The notes beneath the pieces are model-generated. The model was not told the DNA's origin. It worked only from the letters and a program-made list of their open reading frames with translations, and made no database searches. The translations under genes were made by a program, and so were the position numbers. Below, piece after piece: positions 1 through 19,474 of a stretch of 64,000 nt of DNA. Source of the stretch: the human T2T-CHM13v2.0 reference genome, Homo sapiens. Position 1 is the stretch's first letter. Each line of letters begins with the position of its first letter. Location: NCBI RefSeq assembly GCF_009914755.1, contig NC_060929.1; one strand, given 5' to 3'.

Positions 1-197
1 GATTCTCCTGCCTCAGCTTTCCGAGTAGCTGAGATTACAGGTGTGAGCCACCATGCCTGGCTAATTTTTGTATTTTTAGTAGAGACAGGGTTTTGCCATT
101 TTGGCCAGGCTGGTCTCGAACTCCTGACCTCAGGTGATCCGTCCACCTGGGCCTCCCAAAGTGTGGGGATTACAGGCGTGAGCCACTGCACCCAGCC
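1..197 (-). mobile_element. Alu (AluS-type), cut by the window edge
   Basis: Reverse Alu consensus (ctcctgcctcagc...gtgagccactgcacccagcc). Confidence 0.9.
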
Positions 198-1015
198 ATG
201 TGATTGTGTTTTAAGTGTTATTACAAAAGAGTCAAAAAAATTAAAGTTATAGAAAGCTAAGATTTATTATAGAAGAAAGAAAAATGTTTAGTAAATTTAG
301 TGTAGCCTAAGTATAGTGTTTATAAAGTGTACAGTAATGTCCTAGGCCTTCACATTCACTCACCACTTACTCCCTGACTCACCCAGAGCAACTTCCAGTC
401 CTACAAGCTTCATTCATGGTAAGTGCCTTACAAGATGTACCATTTATTTATTTATTTATTTATTTATTTAGATGGAGCTTCGCTCTTGTTGCCCAGGCTG
501 GAGTGCAATGGCACAATCTCCACTTACAACAACCTCCGCCTCCCGGGTTAAACTGACTCTCCTGCCTCAGCCTTCCCAAGTAGCTGGGATTACAGGCATG
601 CGCCACCACGCCTGGCTATTTTTAGTAGAGATGGGGTTTCTCCATGTTGGTCAGGCTGGTCTTGAACTCCTGACCTCAGGTGATCCACCTGCCTCGGCCT
701 CCCAAAGTGCTGGGATTATAGGCGTGAGCCACCGCCCCGGCCAAGATGTACCATTTTTTATCTTTTATATTTACTGTACCTTTTTTGTGTTTAGATATAC
801 AAATACCACTGTATTACCGCTGCCTAGAGTATTTGGTATATTAACATGCTGTCTGCATTTGTAGCGTAAAAGCAAGAAGCTATACCACATAGCCTAGGCT
901 CGTAGCAGGCTATCCATCTAGGTTTGTGTTAAGTACACTGTGATGTTCACTCAAGGATGAAATTGCCTAAAGACACACTTCTCAGTATTCCCATCGTTAA
1001 ACAATGCATGACTAT
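198..1015. mobile_element. Tigger3/Golem-like DNA transposon remnant interrupted by an Alu
   Basis: Recognisable Tigger3-type internal sequence ending in the TIR-like 'gcatgacta-ta'; boundaries approximate. Confidence 0.6.
445..741 (-). mobile_element. Alu (AluSp-like) with 15-bp TSD
   Basis: (TTTA)n tail; TSD caagatgtaccattt at 431-445 and 742-756. Confidence 0.9.
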
Positions 1016-1755
1016 ATATGTAAAAATAACGACTTCATCATCCTTAGGCAAAAATTACATCCCCGTCCATACCAATTATCTCCAATAGTCTTCTCTCACT
1101 AGTCATTAGGTGGAATTAGAATTGAGCTTTAGGGTAAGTGTTTCCACCACAGAGATACCATTTCAATTATCATATGACACCTACCCTAGGCCAGACGTTC
1201 ACTGAGGTTTCACATCTCCCAGCAATACTGAGGACCTAGCACAGCAAATGAAATACCACAATTCCTGGATTCAAATGAAGTCTTCTAGTTTAACAGAAAT
1301 GTATGTGGGCAGGGTTGATTAATGTGAAATGTCCTCCCTTCTGTTTATGAGATCCAACAATTATAGGCAAAAGGAGAGGCTGAGCACAGCACTGACCTCT
1401 GCTCAGTAACTTCCTCTCACCCTCACCTAAACTTCAAAACCAGAAATAGCAGAACCACATTCCTAGAGTGAAAGAACCCAACCCAACCTTTCAATTAAAC
1501 AAGTAAGTGAAAAGAAGCATTTTCAACTTAGAAGGGAAATAGAACCCCACCCTCCTCATCCTGGTCTTCCAAGTAGCCGTAGGCCTCTGTACCAACAAAG
1601 CAAAGATTGTTGTAATACCAAGATCCAGATCCAGCTTTTGTGTGCACTGCTGGATATTTTTTTTAAGCAGAAAGGCACAAAAACAACAAAAACCAATTAT
1701 ATGCAAATACTCATTTTTACACTCAGTCTATCAAACTAAGAGAGATGCTACTTAC

Positions 1756-1901
1756 GGCGTGGATTTATAGGAAGACTCTGGATAAAACCGCTTGTCATTC
1801 ACTTTGCCATTGGAAGAGTATGCCATGGGACTGTCAACTCTTTCCACATAGTCAGATGGGGGTGAAGGCACGTCCTGTGTGCCTGCAGACACATTTTTAA
1901 C
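1756..1901 (-). pseudogene. OCLN: Occludin exon (exon 5 equivalent, cytoplasmic C-terminal tail) of a partial OCLN duplicate (OCLNP1-like)
   Basis: Minus strand reads tttttaag|GTT AAA AAT GTG...TCC ACG CC|gtaagt and translates to [48 protein letters not shown](P), matching human occludin. Length 146 bp, phase 0 acceptor. Upstream on this strand lies NAIP rather than OCLN exon 4, so this is the duplicate copy. Confidence 0.93.
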
Positions 1902-2635
1902 CTTAAAAAACCCCAAGAGATAGTTATTATTTATCTTGTAATGAAAAGGGGGAAGACACTGAAGAAAATTATCTTATATACATTATCTAATATTTATGTG
2001 GCCCATTAAATACTATTAACACTAATAATAAAAAGGCAATCATTACAGGTTAATAGTTAAATCCACATTGTAATAGACATATAAACAGTGCTACTGCTAG
2101 TTTAAACAAGTATATTACCAAGAAGAAAAATCTGATCACCTAGTTCTCATCCTAATGTGATTAGGTTTCATAATTATCTATGGCAATTTTCCACCTCCAT
2201 ATTAGGAAGACTGGTCTCATTATCTCACGCCCACATTAGAAAGACCACTCTCATTTAACCTAAGCCAGGTCTCGGTTAGGAGAATTTTCATTTCTAACAA
2301 GCTCTCAGGTAATGCTATGTTGCTGTCTGTGCACCACACTTGGAAAAGCACTAATCTAGAACAAAGCACACTGGTAGTTCTTAATCCATTCACCTCTCAA
2401 CGTGGAATGTTAAAACCACAGAAGAAATTAAGAAGTTCAAGCTGACTTCTACTCTTTTAATAAGAGATTTGTTTATTCTCCCTTAATGTACGTTCTCTAT
2501 GGCTCTATTACTAATAACCTACACAATATATCACACAACATCAGTGCCTTCCCTTTTCACTTTCCTTATTTCATTCTGATGTGTAAGTGAATTCATCCTA
2601 CAAAAGTAACATGCATTAGAAATTATGCCTTAATA

Positions 2636-2706
2636 GGCCAGGCGCGGTGGCTCACGCCTGTAATCCCAGCACTTGGGGAGGCTGAGGCGGGTGGATCATG
2701 AGGTCT
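2636..2706 (+). mobile_element. Alu 5' fragment, abruptly 3'-truncated
   Basis: ggccaggcgcggtggctcacgcc...gatcatgaggtc followed by non-Alu sequence. Confidence 0.85.
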
Positions 2707-3459
2707 GTAAACAATTTACAGAAGACTAAAGGGATGGTGAAAATTAACTTTGTTAGCAATTTTAATGAGAATCCAAATATAGGAGACCCACATTTTTTCC
2801 CATATTTTCCCAGTTTTGAATGTTTATGTATACCTAAAAGGCATTACATCCTTTGAAAGCAGCTGTCATTATGCATGAATCTGGAACATAACTACCTTTA
2901 AATACGGATTTTGGATTTCAAATGCATCTCTACTATGTTCTACCTTATTATTTGTATTCTTCATGAACTCACTTTGTCAAAATGCAATACTTTTTGTTTT
3001 TTAATTTATTTTTATTTTTTGTAGAAATAGGGTCTCACTGTGTTGCCCAGGCTGGCCTTGAACACCTGGCCTCAAGTGATCTTCCTGCCTTCCAAAGTGC
3101 TGGGGACGGTAGGCATGAGCCACCACACCTGTCCAAACTGCAATACTTCTGAAAACTTTAGGGCTCATAGTTTTGTTGAAGTGATAGATGATGGCTATAT
3201 TCTTTGTTACATAACAGCAAAACATTTTTGTTTTTACATTTATAAATACCAATTAGAATGACTTTCAGTGGATTGGTTTTCATTTTTCACATCATCTTTA
3301 CCTTCCTGTTACTTTGTGTACATATCTGTCTTTCATACTTGTCCACTTACAAACTTTTTCAAGTAAATTCTGGTGTTACAAGCATAAAAGATGAAAGAAC
3401 GTTGTCACATGGTCACTTGTCCTTTTAGCAATTATGCGATGATTCAACTGTTCTAGGTA

Positions 3460-4680
3460 CAACTAGAGGGAGAGTATCCCAGGCAAGGGAGATAACAAAT
3501 AGAAAGGCCCTAAGACACAAGTGTATTTAACATGTTTGGGGAACAACAAGGAGTTAATCGTGGCTGGAGTGGAAGTAAGGAGGAGAGATTAAGGAGATGG
3601 AGCTAAGAGAGGTAGTCAAGGGCCAGGCCATATGTCAGCGATAGTAAGGTCTTCAGCATTTACTTTTTTAAGCTGGGAGTCCATGGAAAGGTTTTGAACC
3701 CAAGGTATAGCATGATCTGACTTATAGAAAGAGACTTCTGATTGCTGTGTTGAAAATACACCATAGGTTTGAAGGGAGGAAACAGGCTGACTAGTTAGAG
3801 CCAGTGTGGGTAGTGGTGGTTGGATCTGAGTATATTTTCCAAGTGGAGCCACCAGGATTTTTCAGTAGATTGACTACATGTGGTGTATGAAAGAGGAGTG
3901 TCAAGTGTAACTCCAAGATTTTTGGCTTATGCAACTGGAAAAATAAAGTTAGAATTTAATGAGATGGAGGTCTGCATAAGGAGTACTTTTGTGGCAGGAA
4001 AGAAATTGGGTTTTGAACATGTGAAAATTGAGATGCCCATTAGTAGAAGTTGGATGTGAATAAAGAGTCCCGGCCAGGTGCAATGCCTCATGCCTGTAAT
4101 CTCAGCACTTTGGGAGGCCAAGGCAGGAGAATCTTGTGAGCCCAGGAGTTCAAGACCAGACTGGGCAACAAAGTGAGACCCCGTCTATATTATAAAATAA
4201 AAAAATAGTTCAGAGGAGAGGTCTGGGCTAGAGATGGAAATGTAGAAGTTAGTAAATTTAAAGCTGTTGAACTAGAGGAGATAGCTGAGGAAGTGCATTC
4301 AAATAGAGAAGATGTCAGAGGAGAACTTTGGGGTTCTCTCAGTGGTTAGAGATAGGATATGAGGAAAAACAGTGCAGGAGACTAAGGAGGAGCTCTCATT
4401 GAGTTAGGAAAATCAAGAGGGATGCCCTGGAAGCCAAATGAAGGCAGTGTTTTGAGGAAGAGGGGTGATGGGCCATGTGAAAGCCAATAGGTCAAATGCT
4501 GCTAATGGGTCAACTAAAGTGAGGACTGAGAAGTATTCACCAATTTAGCAATGTGGAGCTCATTGGTGACCCTCATAAGAGCTGTTTTGGTGGAATGGAG
4601 GAGGTAAAATCCTGGAGGGAGAGAACATAAGAATGAGAGAACAGTTGACAGTGCATGTAAACAACTCTTTCACGGAACTT
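3460..4680. mobile_element. Old L2 LINE remnant containing an Alu monomer (~4072-4205)
   Basis: Purine-rich L2-like motifs (gtttggggaacaacaagga, tgaaaattgagatgccc, tttagcaatgtggagctcattggtgacc). Confidence 0.6.
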
Positions 4681-4994
4681 TGTATTTCTGAATTTTTGTT
4701 TATTTGGCTATTAATAAAATCATATCTGATATAGCTTTATTTTAGTAAGGTTTGTTTTTGTGGGACTTCAGTTGTGTATACACATATGTGTGTGTATGTA
4801 TGTGCGTATGGTGTTTTGATGTAAAATTTATTATTGTGGGTCATGGTTAAAAAAAAAGCTTGAGAATGAGGAGTTAGATCAAGAAATAGAAGGAATGTTG
4901 ACATAAGAAGTTGTGGATGTAGGAGATTCTACCATGTAGACACAGTGGAAGGATTTAGGGAGTTGGAGCAGGTTGGGATATGTGATCAGAAAGC

Positions 4995-7489
<2,495 letters not shown>

Positions 7490-7490
<1 letters not shown>

Positions 7491-7565
7491 AAAGAAAAGG
7501 AAGGAAGGGAGAGAGGGAAGGAGAAAAAGAGAGAGGGAGAGATGGATGGAGGAAGGGAGGGAGGG
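7490..7565. repeat. GA-rich low-complexity tract
   Basis: gaaagaaaaggaaggaagggagagaggg... Confidence 0.8.
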
Positions 7566-7883
7566 CTTACAACCATGAGGACAGTTTTTAGGTCAATGAG
7601 GGATGACTTGGGAGTCCTATGAAGACTGATGTAAACTAGAATAAAGGGCATGATGAGCTTATGATTCAAAAGTATTTTGTCATAGAAATAGTTTGTTTTC
7701 TGTAAAAGAACACAGTAAATATTTTAGCTTTGTAGGCCACTGAGTCTCTGTTGCTTTAAAAAATGTGAAAACCATTCTTAGCTTGAGGGCTGGACAGTCC
7801 AGGGCCATACTTTACTGACCGCTGCTTGAACTAAACGCTGTTAGAAGCAGCTCTGGAAAAATAATTTGCATGGAATCTTATGA

Positions 7884-8198
<315 letters not shown>

Positions 8199-8479
8199 TA
8201 ATAGTATGCACACATGGGACAAAACTCAACTGGTATAAAAGGGTATGCAGGAGAAAAAAAGCAAACTTCCCTCTCTCCCTTTTCTGTCCACCAGCCATCC
8301 TGTTCTCCTCCCTAAACTCAATTATGGTTGCCTGTTTTTTATATAAGTTTTCCATGAATTTATAAATACATCACGTGCATATATCCTGTCAGTCAATATT
8401 AAGAAATTACTAGGTTATTTTGTGTTTATGTGTGCACTATTAGATTTAATGAGTTATGCTAGTTGTTGCCTCTTATATC

Positions 8480-9080
8480 CACATTCAGTCTTCATTGTCT
8501 GTTCTGTAATAATAGATCTGGGCCCTGTAAATACCTCTCCCATGACAGTAAGCACAGAGTGAAACTTTGTCAATCGAGGGTGCTGCTGACACACTGAAGG
8601 GGCAAGGGCTGCTTTTCCTGGTTCCATTGTGCTCCTCTAGGCAGACACCTGCAACACCTGTGCCATCTGCAATACCAGCTCCTGTAGCACATACACTCTG
8701 CCTCTGCAGCACCTCGTTCTGGCTGCACACTTCTTGGGCGGTGCCTAACTTCAGCAGCACCCAATGGTCAGCAGCGCACAGTACCCCCACATGAATGGCT
8801 TCCCTTGACATGCACAAGGTCCCTTCTCTGCAAAGTGCCCCAAGCCCAGCACCTTCTCCAGCTGCAACTCCACAGCCTCAGCAAACCTCTGTCTTTCACA
8901 GCTGTGTCCTCTCACACGAAGTCTGGATCTCAGCCCGGATCTCAGCCCTGAGCTTTCTTCTTTGAGTTGTTCTGTCTCAGCCTGGGGTGAAAAGCCCATA
9001 TCGGCTGTTCCCTGCATCTGCCCAGGCTTCTCTTTATTCCTTACTACCCAATCCCCATTCCAATCCTCTGTTAATAACTC
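8480..9080. mobile_element. Probable old ERVL-class LTR (LTR33-like)
   Basis: Motif aaactttgtcaatcgagggtgctg and GC-richer composition; family assignment tentative. Confidence 0.4.
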
Positions 9081-9087
9081 TTACGGA

Positions 9088-9826
<739 letters not shown>

Positions 9827-10302
9827 TGACTGGATTCTGATATAATGCTTAACAACCTTTCTAATTACAAAGGTATTACATATAAAATCAGACAAGCAAG
9901 AAGACAATCCATCCCACCTTCTAGTACTCTTGCCCTCCAGAGGTAGCTCCAGTTAATATTTTAGTGCTAAACTAGATTTATTTTTGTTTTAAATAGAAAA
10001 ATAATGCAGGCACGAAAGTAAAACAAAAAACAGTACAGAATGGGAGAGACTGAAAAGTAAGAATGGCTTCCAGGCCCACTTCCTAGAGGTACGCACTATT
10101 AACATTTTTAGACATAAACTTCCAGAAATTTTTTTCCAGTTTTATTTAGGTATAATTGACAAAATTATTTATATTTCAGTTGTACAACATGGATGTTCAA
10201 CATGTTTTGGTGTACATATACTTTCTGATATTATAAATGGTTACCACAAGCAAGCTCAGTAACATATTCAGAAATTCTTAATGTAGCTAGCAATATAAGT
10301 GG

Positions 10303-10605
<303 letters not shown>

Positions 10606-11688
10606 TAAGTGGTTTTCTAAACAAATGAGACCACACCATACATACTGTCCCTATATTTCATACTTGGGCAAGGGGAGGGGAGTTGACTTTTTTCTTAGTG
10701 AGAATAAAAATGAGGATAAAAGTATGGTTGTTTACCAACTTATAGTAGTATCATGAATTTCGAATGGTCTTCTGGCCGTTCAGAAAACTACTTAACTGGT
10801 AGGAACGAAATTCTGGACACTGACATTGATATAGACACTCATATCAAATATAATACTATGAAATACTATGATATGGAAATAATATGCAATCACTAGAGAT
10901 AAAATATTTTCTACCCAAGTAGAGTGGATTCATAAGAAAATTCTAAATTATAGCATATGTTGAACTCTGAGAAGCCTCTGGAATGAAGTCATTTTTCCCT
11001 AACCCCTGTTTCCTCTTTATATTGGCAGTGGATAAATGGAAAGTAAGTTAACTCTACTGTACCAAAGCTAGTTCAATATAGAAAACAGGTTCTACAAGGA
11101 TTAAGGAATATTCTACAAGGATTAAGGAACATCTCTTGGCCCACAGAAGATTCATGTGGTTCCTGTGTTAAACCCGTTTCATCCATGTATGAAAGTGATT
11201 CAACCGTTAAGTTAGCCATTTATTATATAAATTGAATACTTCTTCCATATTGTGGCTTTTAGATAGATTGGCAGACCTGTCCCCAACCCCTTCCCTGTTG
11301 ACCATGGACAATGGAGGGTTAGCTGTATAAACTTGATTGAAGGGTTTGCCTTTAGCTGGGGTGGATTACTCAGGGACCTCAAAGGTATTGGTGATGATTT
11401 ATTTCTTGAGCTTGGTGGTGAGTATGCAGGACTGTGTTTTGTTTTGTTTTGTTTTTTAGCAAGCCTTACACATTTTCTTTTGTATGCAATATTTAATAAA
11501 ATAATTTTGGATAATTTGGTTTTTAGCATTAATCAACAACTTTTTTTACATCCTCAATATGCCCCAAGACAAATTATTGATTCAGCAGTTTTTAGCTGAA
11601 TCTTTTATTTCTGAATGATTGGAGAGAACGGCAGTATCCATTTCTGGAGAATAGTTAAGTACTTAGATTGAGGATGTCTTTCTCATCA

Positions 11689-13200
11689 CAGGCTGGTCTC
11701 AAACTCCTGGACTCAAGTGATCCTCCTGCCTCAGCTTCCCAAGTAGGTGGGATTACAAGCACGTGTCACTGTGCCCAGCTTAATATAATATTTTGAAAAT
11801 ATCTCCTTAAAAACCCCAAAGAGCTGATGGGTTAATAAAGAACCACCTGGCAAAAATCTAAGGGAGAAGCAGAAACCAAAGAAGTACAGCCAAGCCTAAA
11901 GCACTGACGCCATTGTGCTGAGAGTTTCACCATCCTGGACAAATATGAGCTTCTCTTTTGGTCTCACAGGAGGTCACATGCCAAGGCACATCATGCCTAC
12001 AAACCAGACTAAATTGGCAAGTCACAGTGGCTCACGCCTGTAATCCGAGCATTTTGGGAGGCCGAGGTGGGTAGATCACTTGAAGTCAGGAGTTCGAGAC
12101 CAGGCTGGCCAACATGGTGTTCAGTGTTTACTAAGTTAAGGAATGATGGTGCCTAAGTCATTTAGCTAAATGATGTATTTAAGAAAGATGGCTGCACCGT
12201 TTTCCATGAACTATTAGGATAGGCTGGTGAGAAACAGGGAAATACTTCCAATGACTACGGATTAGCAGATTTCCTTCCTGCTGAGCTGCCAGATCTGTAA
12301 GTTGCAATGTAAGACCAGCCTAACCAAAAACAAAATAAAATAACCCTACAAATTATTTTGGAGTGGCAACATTATATTAGGGATTTCTTTTTTTTTTTTT
12401 TTTTTTTTCTGAGATGGAGTTTTGCTCTTGTTCCCCATGGAGTTTTACTCTTGTTCCCCAGGCTGGAGTACAATGGCGCGATCTCGGCTCACATTGCAAT
12501 CTCTGCCTCCCAGGTTCAGGTAATTCTCCTGCTTCAGCCTCTCAAGTAGCTGGGATTACAGGCATATGCCACCATGCCAGCAAATTTTTGCATTTTTAGT
12601 AGAGGCAGGGTTTCACCATGTTGGTCAGGCTGGTCTCGAACTCCTGACCTCAGGTGATCTGCCCTTCTCGGCCTCCCAAAGTGCTGGGATTACAGGTGTG
12701 AGCCACCAGGCCTGGCCTATATTAGGGATTAAGAACTCAGATTTTGGAGTCAAAATTCCTGTATTTGAGTCACAGATATACATTTCCTTAGCTGGATATT
12801 ACGAATTACTTTATCTCTTTATGTCTCAGTTTTCCCAGCTACAAAATAGCATTAATAATAGTACTTTACTTTCGCCAGGCACAGTGGCTCATGCCTGTAA
12901 TCCCAGCACTTTGGGAGGCCGAGGCGGGAAGATCATGAGGTCAGGAGATCGAGACCATCCTGGCTAACACGGTGAAACGCCGTCTCTACTAAAAATACAA
13001 AAAATTAGCTGGGCGTGGTGGCAGGCACCTGTAGTCCCAGCTACTTGGGAGGCTGAGGCAGGAGAATGGTGAACCTGGGAGGAGGAGCTTGCAGTGAGCC
13101 GAGATCGTGCCACTGCACTCCAGCCTGGGCGACAGCGCGAGACTGTCTCAAAAAAAAAAAAAAAAAAAAAAAAAAAATAATAATAATAATAATAATAATA
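11689..13200. mobile_element. Alu cluster: partial Alu 11689-11780 (-), partial Alu ~12017-12118 (+), Alu 12388-12717 (-), AluY 12873-13200 (+)
   Basis: Alu consensus matches; AluY diagnostics gagatcgagaccatcctggctaacacgg and gagcttgcagtg in the last element. Confidence 0.85.
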
Positions 13201-13461
13201 GTACTTTACTTCATAGAGTGGGTATGAAGACTGAGTTCATATTTGTGAAGTGCTTAGGATACTTCCTAGTGTGTAGTAAAGGCTCAATAATTACAAACAG
13301 CACTCTGCTTTCTTAATGAGAAAGAGTGCTATTCCTCACAATTTACCATGCATACAGGCTACACCCTTAGAACCACAGGCACTTTAACTCTTAAATAAAT
13401 TATTGGCCAAGTAGCTTTTCCAACTTACGTAAAAACAAGTATATTAAAGTGCCATCCTTAC

Positions 13462-13629
13462 CTAGTTTGGAAGGATCATACTCAGCTGAAATTTGGATCA
13501 ATAATTTCTCCATATGGTGGAAGTTTGGAAATTCTTCAGGAATGACTGAAAAAACATTTATATTGCCCTCCAGATCCACAGACAGTTCTTTCAGGCACAG
13601 GAACTTATCCAGATTAGGAAAGATTTGGT
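13462..13629 (-). CDS. NAIP: NAIP exon, 168 bp: LRR (DQIFPNLDKFLCLKELSVDLEGNINVFSVIPEEFPNFHHMEKLLIQISAEYDPSKL)
   Basis: tttccag|AC CAA ATC...AAA CTA G|gtaagg; phases 1 to 1; the last NAIP exon present in the window. Confidence 0.94.
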
Positions 13630-13865
13630 CTGGAAAGCAGCACAGTTTCCCATTATTAATCTAAAGAGTTCTGAATGGACATTTTAAAACTGTCATTTTG
13701 ATTCATCCAGCTATTTTCACATGCAAACCTTCCACATACCATAAAACATTCTTTTTTTTTTTTTTAAAGAATACATATATGAAGATATTGCTGTTTGCAG
13801 CTTATGCACTGTATGGGAAGCCCTGTGCTACTCTTCAGACTCACAAAAAGAAATACAGCATCTCG

Positions 13866-16640
<2,775 letters not shown>

Positions 16641-17362
16641 GTTACATGTATTTTACCATAATAAAACAGTACTTGAAAAAAGATGAAAAATTTTCTAAAT
16701 TTGGTAAATGTCAACCCACACATTCCAAAAAAGTTCAGTGCACCTCAAGCAAGATACATACAAAGCAAAGCACACCTAGGCATATAACAGTCAAACTGCT
16801 TAAGACCAAAGCAATACTAGCAACAATTAGAAAATGAAAAAATATTTTTAATGACATTTACAATACTTTCAAAAGATATGAGTATCTAGGAATAAATTTA
16901 ATGAAAGATGGGTTAAGTCTACACTGAAAACTATCAAATAGTGCTTAGAGGAGTTAAGACACAAATAGATGAAGATATTATTTCCCATTAATTTATTTAT
17001 TTCCCAGGGACTACAGGCCTTTCTTCCTTTAGGCAGCTAGGGTGAAGGTAATTTCTAAGCATCATCTTACATATAGCTAATTCTTTTACTAATAACAGAT
17101 AATTCATGTCTTTATTAAGAACCTTCAATAATTTAATATAAATATTTTATTCATTTTGTCTGAGTTATTTGAAAACCATTCTATTATTCAAGGACTTTTC
17201 ACTAATTCATGCTACTGTCAAAAAAAATTAGTGAAGGTTTATTTTATATCTGTTCTATCAATGAGCATGCATGCTTTCATGGCCTCAGAAGTTTTCAACC
17301 ACTTAAAGTAAGAAAAAGAAATTATACATCAGAATAGTCATCCAAAATATATACAGGTATAC

Positions 17363-19474
17363 CTTGTGACTGGATTGTCCCTGAGACTTCAAGAGATTCC
17401 AGGGAAGGCAGGGTGAGAAGCAGTTCCTGTTCGGCTGCGCTGAGTTCCAACTTGCTTATGGAGCACTTGGTGACAGAGGCCTTAGACAGCTCAAGAGCTG
17501 GGCGGATGCTTTCTATAAAGCCTCTGCTGTGGTTTAAATGGAGTTCGATGCGCTGTGAAGCTGAGAAAACTGTCATTAGAATCTCAAGCATATCCTGGCC
17601 TACAACATCAATATCATTCACATCGACTTCTAGACAGGGAATCTTGTACTGCTTTGGAGAAAGTTTCCAATAGCCAGTACTAAGGTCTGGTGATGCCCTG
17701 CGCTGCATATCCATATAGCTCTTTACATTATCCTCTTTTTCAGCTAAATTTCGCTCCCATTCATTCATAGGTTCAAAGGCAGAAGCATAGTCCTGATCTA
17801 TAGTTGGCACCTGTGATTTGTCAAAACATGTTTCCAGAACTGAAAAATGTGCTCTGGGTGATGTCTTATTTCCTCGTATTGAGAAGTGGATGCTCCTCAA
17901 CAATGACAAGCTTTCTGGGTGGTCGAAAAAGTACTGTAAGTTAAGCGCACCCAAAGTCAGTGTTCTCCCTTGAAGGAATTGCAAAACAAATGGAGAACAC
18001 GCAGCAACAGTGTTGCTTTGATAAGCAGTTTTCAGGGCAAGAACCAGTAAATGTTCTGAAACCATTGAAAAGTAAGCTTGTGGACAAATTTGCCACAATC
18101 CCCTAAGTAACTGCATCTGCAGTGAAATTTCTGGCTGGTGCTTTAAGTAGTCATCATTTTCAGATATATTCTCCAATGACTCTTTGTTATCCACTAAATG
18201 GAGCAAATGAGACACAATTTTGGGCCCTGCTTTTGTTGAAGGGAGGCTGGAGACATAGTTCAAAAAATTGTTGTAGGCGCTTACAGTCATCATGGGTGAG
18301 TTGATTTGTTTCAAATGATACAGTCCCAAATCTTGATGTTCCTGCCTATCTGAATCCAGGAGTTCAATCAGCCTCATCCCCGCAAGAAATTCTTGGAAGG
18401 CAGGACTTAAAAACCGGTAGAATGGTCTTAGTCTCTGGGCTGTAAATTTGCTCATCAAGCACATGGTTAGATCTTCATCTTCATCAACCCCTGCTTCTGC
18501 GAGATCATCATCATTAAACTCAAAGCAACATGAAAAAAACCCTTTCAAGGCCAGCTCACCACAGGAGGACACAGTTGCTTTGAGAATTTCAGCTGTCGCT
18601 TTGTTCCTTAAGGAAAGGCGTTCCATATAGGACTTGAAAACAGCCACATCATCAAAGGATGGGTCAAAAGGATACTGAAACCAATGAGCACAGATCGCCG
18701 CCACAAAGAGAGGAGTTTTCTGTATCTTCTGCAAACTTTGGTTCTTTCCAAAGTAAACCATAAACTTTCGCAGACGAGTCATATTATGTGAAAAGAGCTT
18801 CCGTAATATACAGACAGTATTATAAAAGGGAAATGCTTTGATCTCTAGAATGGTCTCTAGGTATCGGCGGATGTCCCTGGCCCTGTTTGTACGGACAGCA
18901 ATCAATAGGCAGGTCCGGGATAAGTGGTTTTTTTGAATCAGTTTTCCTATGACTTGAGGGATTGAACATATTTCTTTGTAGTCATCTAAAAGGAATAAGA
19001 CCTGATTCTTTAACTGCTGGATAATGTTCCTCATGCACATTTCAGTAACAGATCCTTCTTTCTCTAGGAGCTGGTCACAGATGATACTGGCCAGCCCCTC
19101 GTCTGGTCTGGTGGAACTAAGGGAGAGGTAGAAAACCAGCTGGAACCTGTTTAACAGGGGACAGCATCCAGATGCCCACAGAAAAGCTATTTTCTTCAGG
19201 AGGACCGTCTTTCCACTTCCAGCTTCACCCTCCACACACATGACAGAGTTCAAGTTGCCAAAGACCTCAGGCAGCACCAGAGGTTCTTGCACAGGTTTGC
19301 TGATGTGTTTTGAAGCAATAGACAGATCACAGCCCAGCAAGTGGTCCGTGGCCAGATCGGAAGAGATATCAAGCAAAGACATGTGGCGGAAACTGGCGCT
19401 GGTATAAGCTGCTCTCAGCTGCTCATTCAGATTCTTTGCCTCTTGAAACCACTGGGCTTCACCCTGTGCCATTT
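17363..19474 (-). CDS. NAIP: NAIP large exon, 2112 bp: NACHT NTPase, HD1, WHD, HD2 and start of the LRR region
   Basis: Core of the 726-aa ORF 17322..19502. Splice sites ccacag|AA ATG GCA and CAA G|gtatac. Walker A GEAGSGKT at 19206-19229 and Walker B-like VLFLLDDY; no stop codons. Confidence 0.97.

Noticed and set aside
1756-1901. The functional OCLN gene
   Set aside because: No upstream OCLN exon (transmembrane-encoding exons 3-4) is seen in the 62 kb upstream on this strand; NAIP exons occupy that space.
8485-9017. Four overlapping ORFs in a GC-richer patch
   Set aside because: No recognisable domain; the patch resembles an old LTR, and stop-poor composition explains the ORFs.
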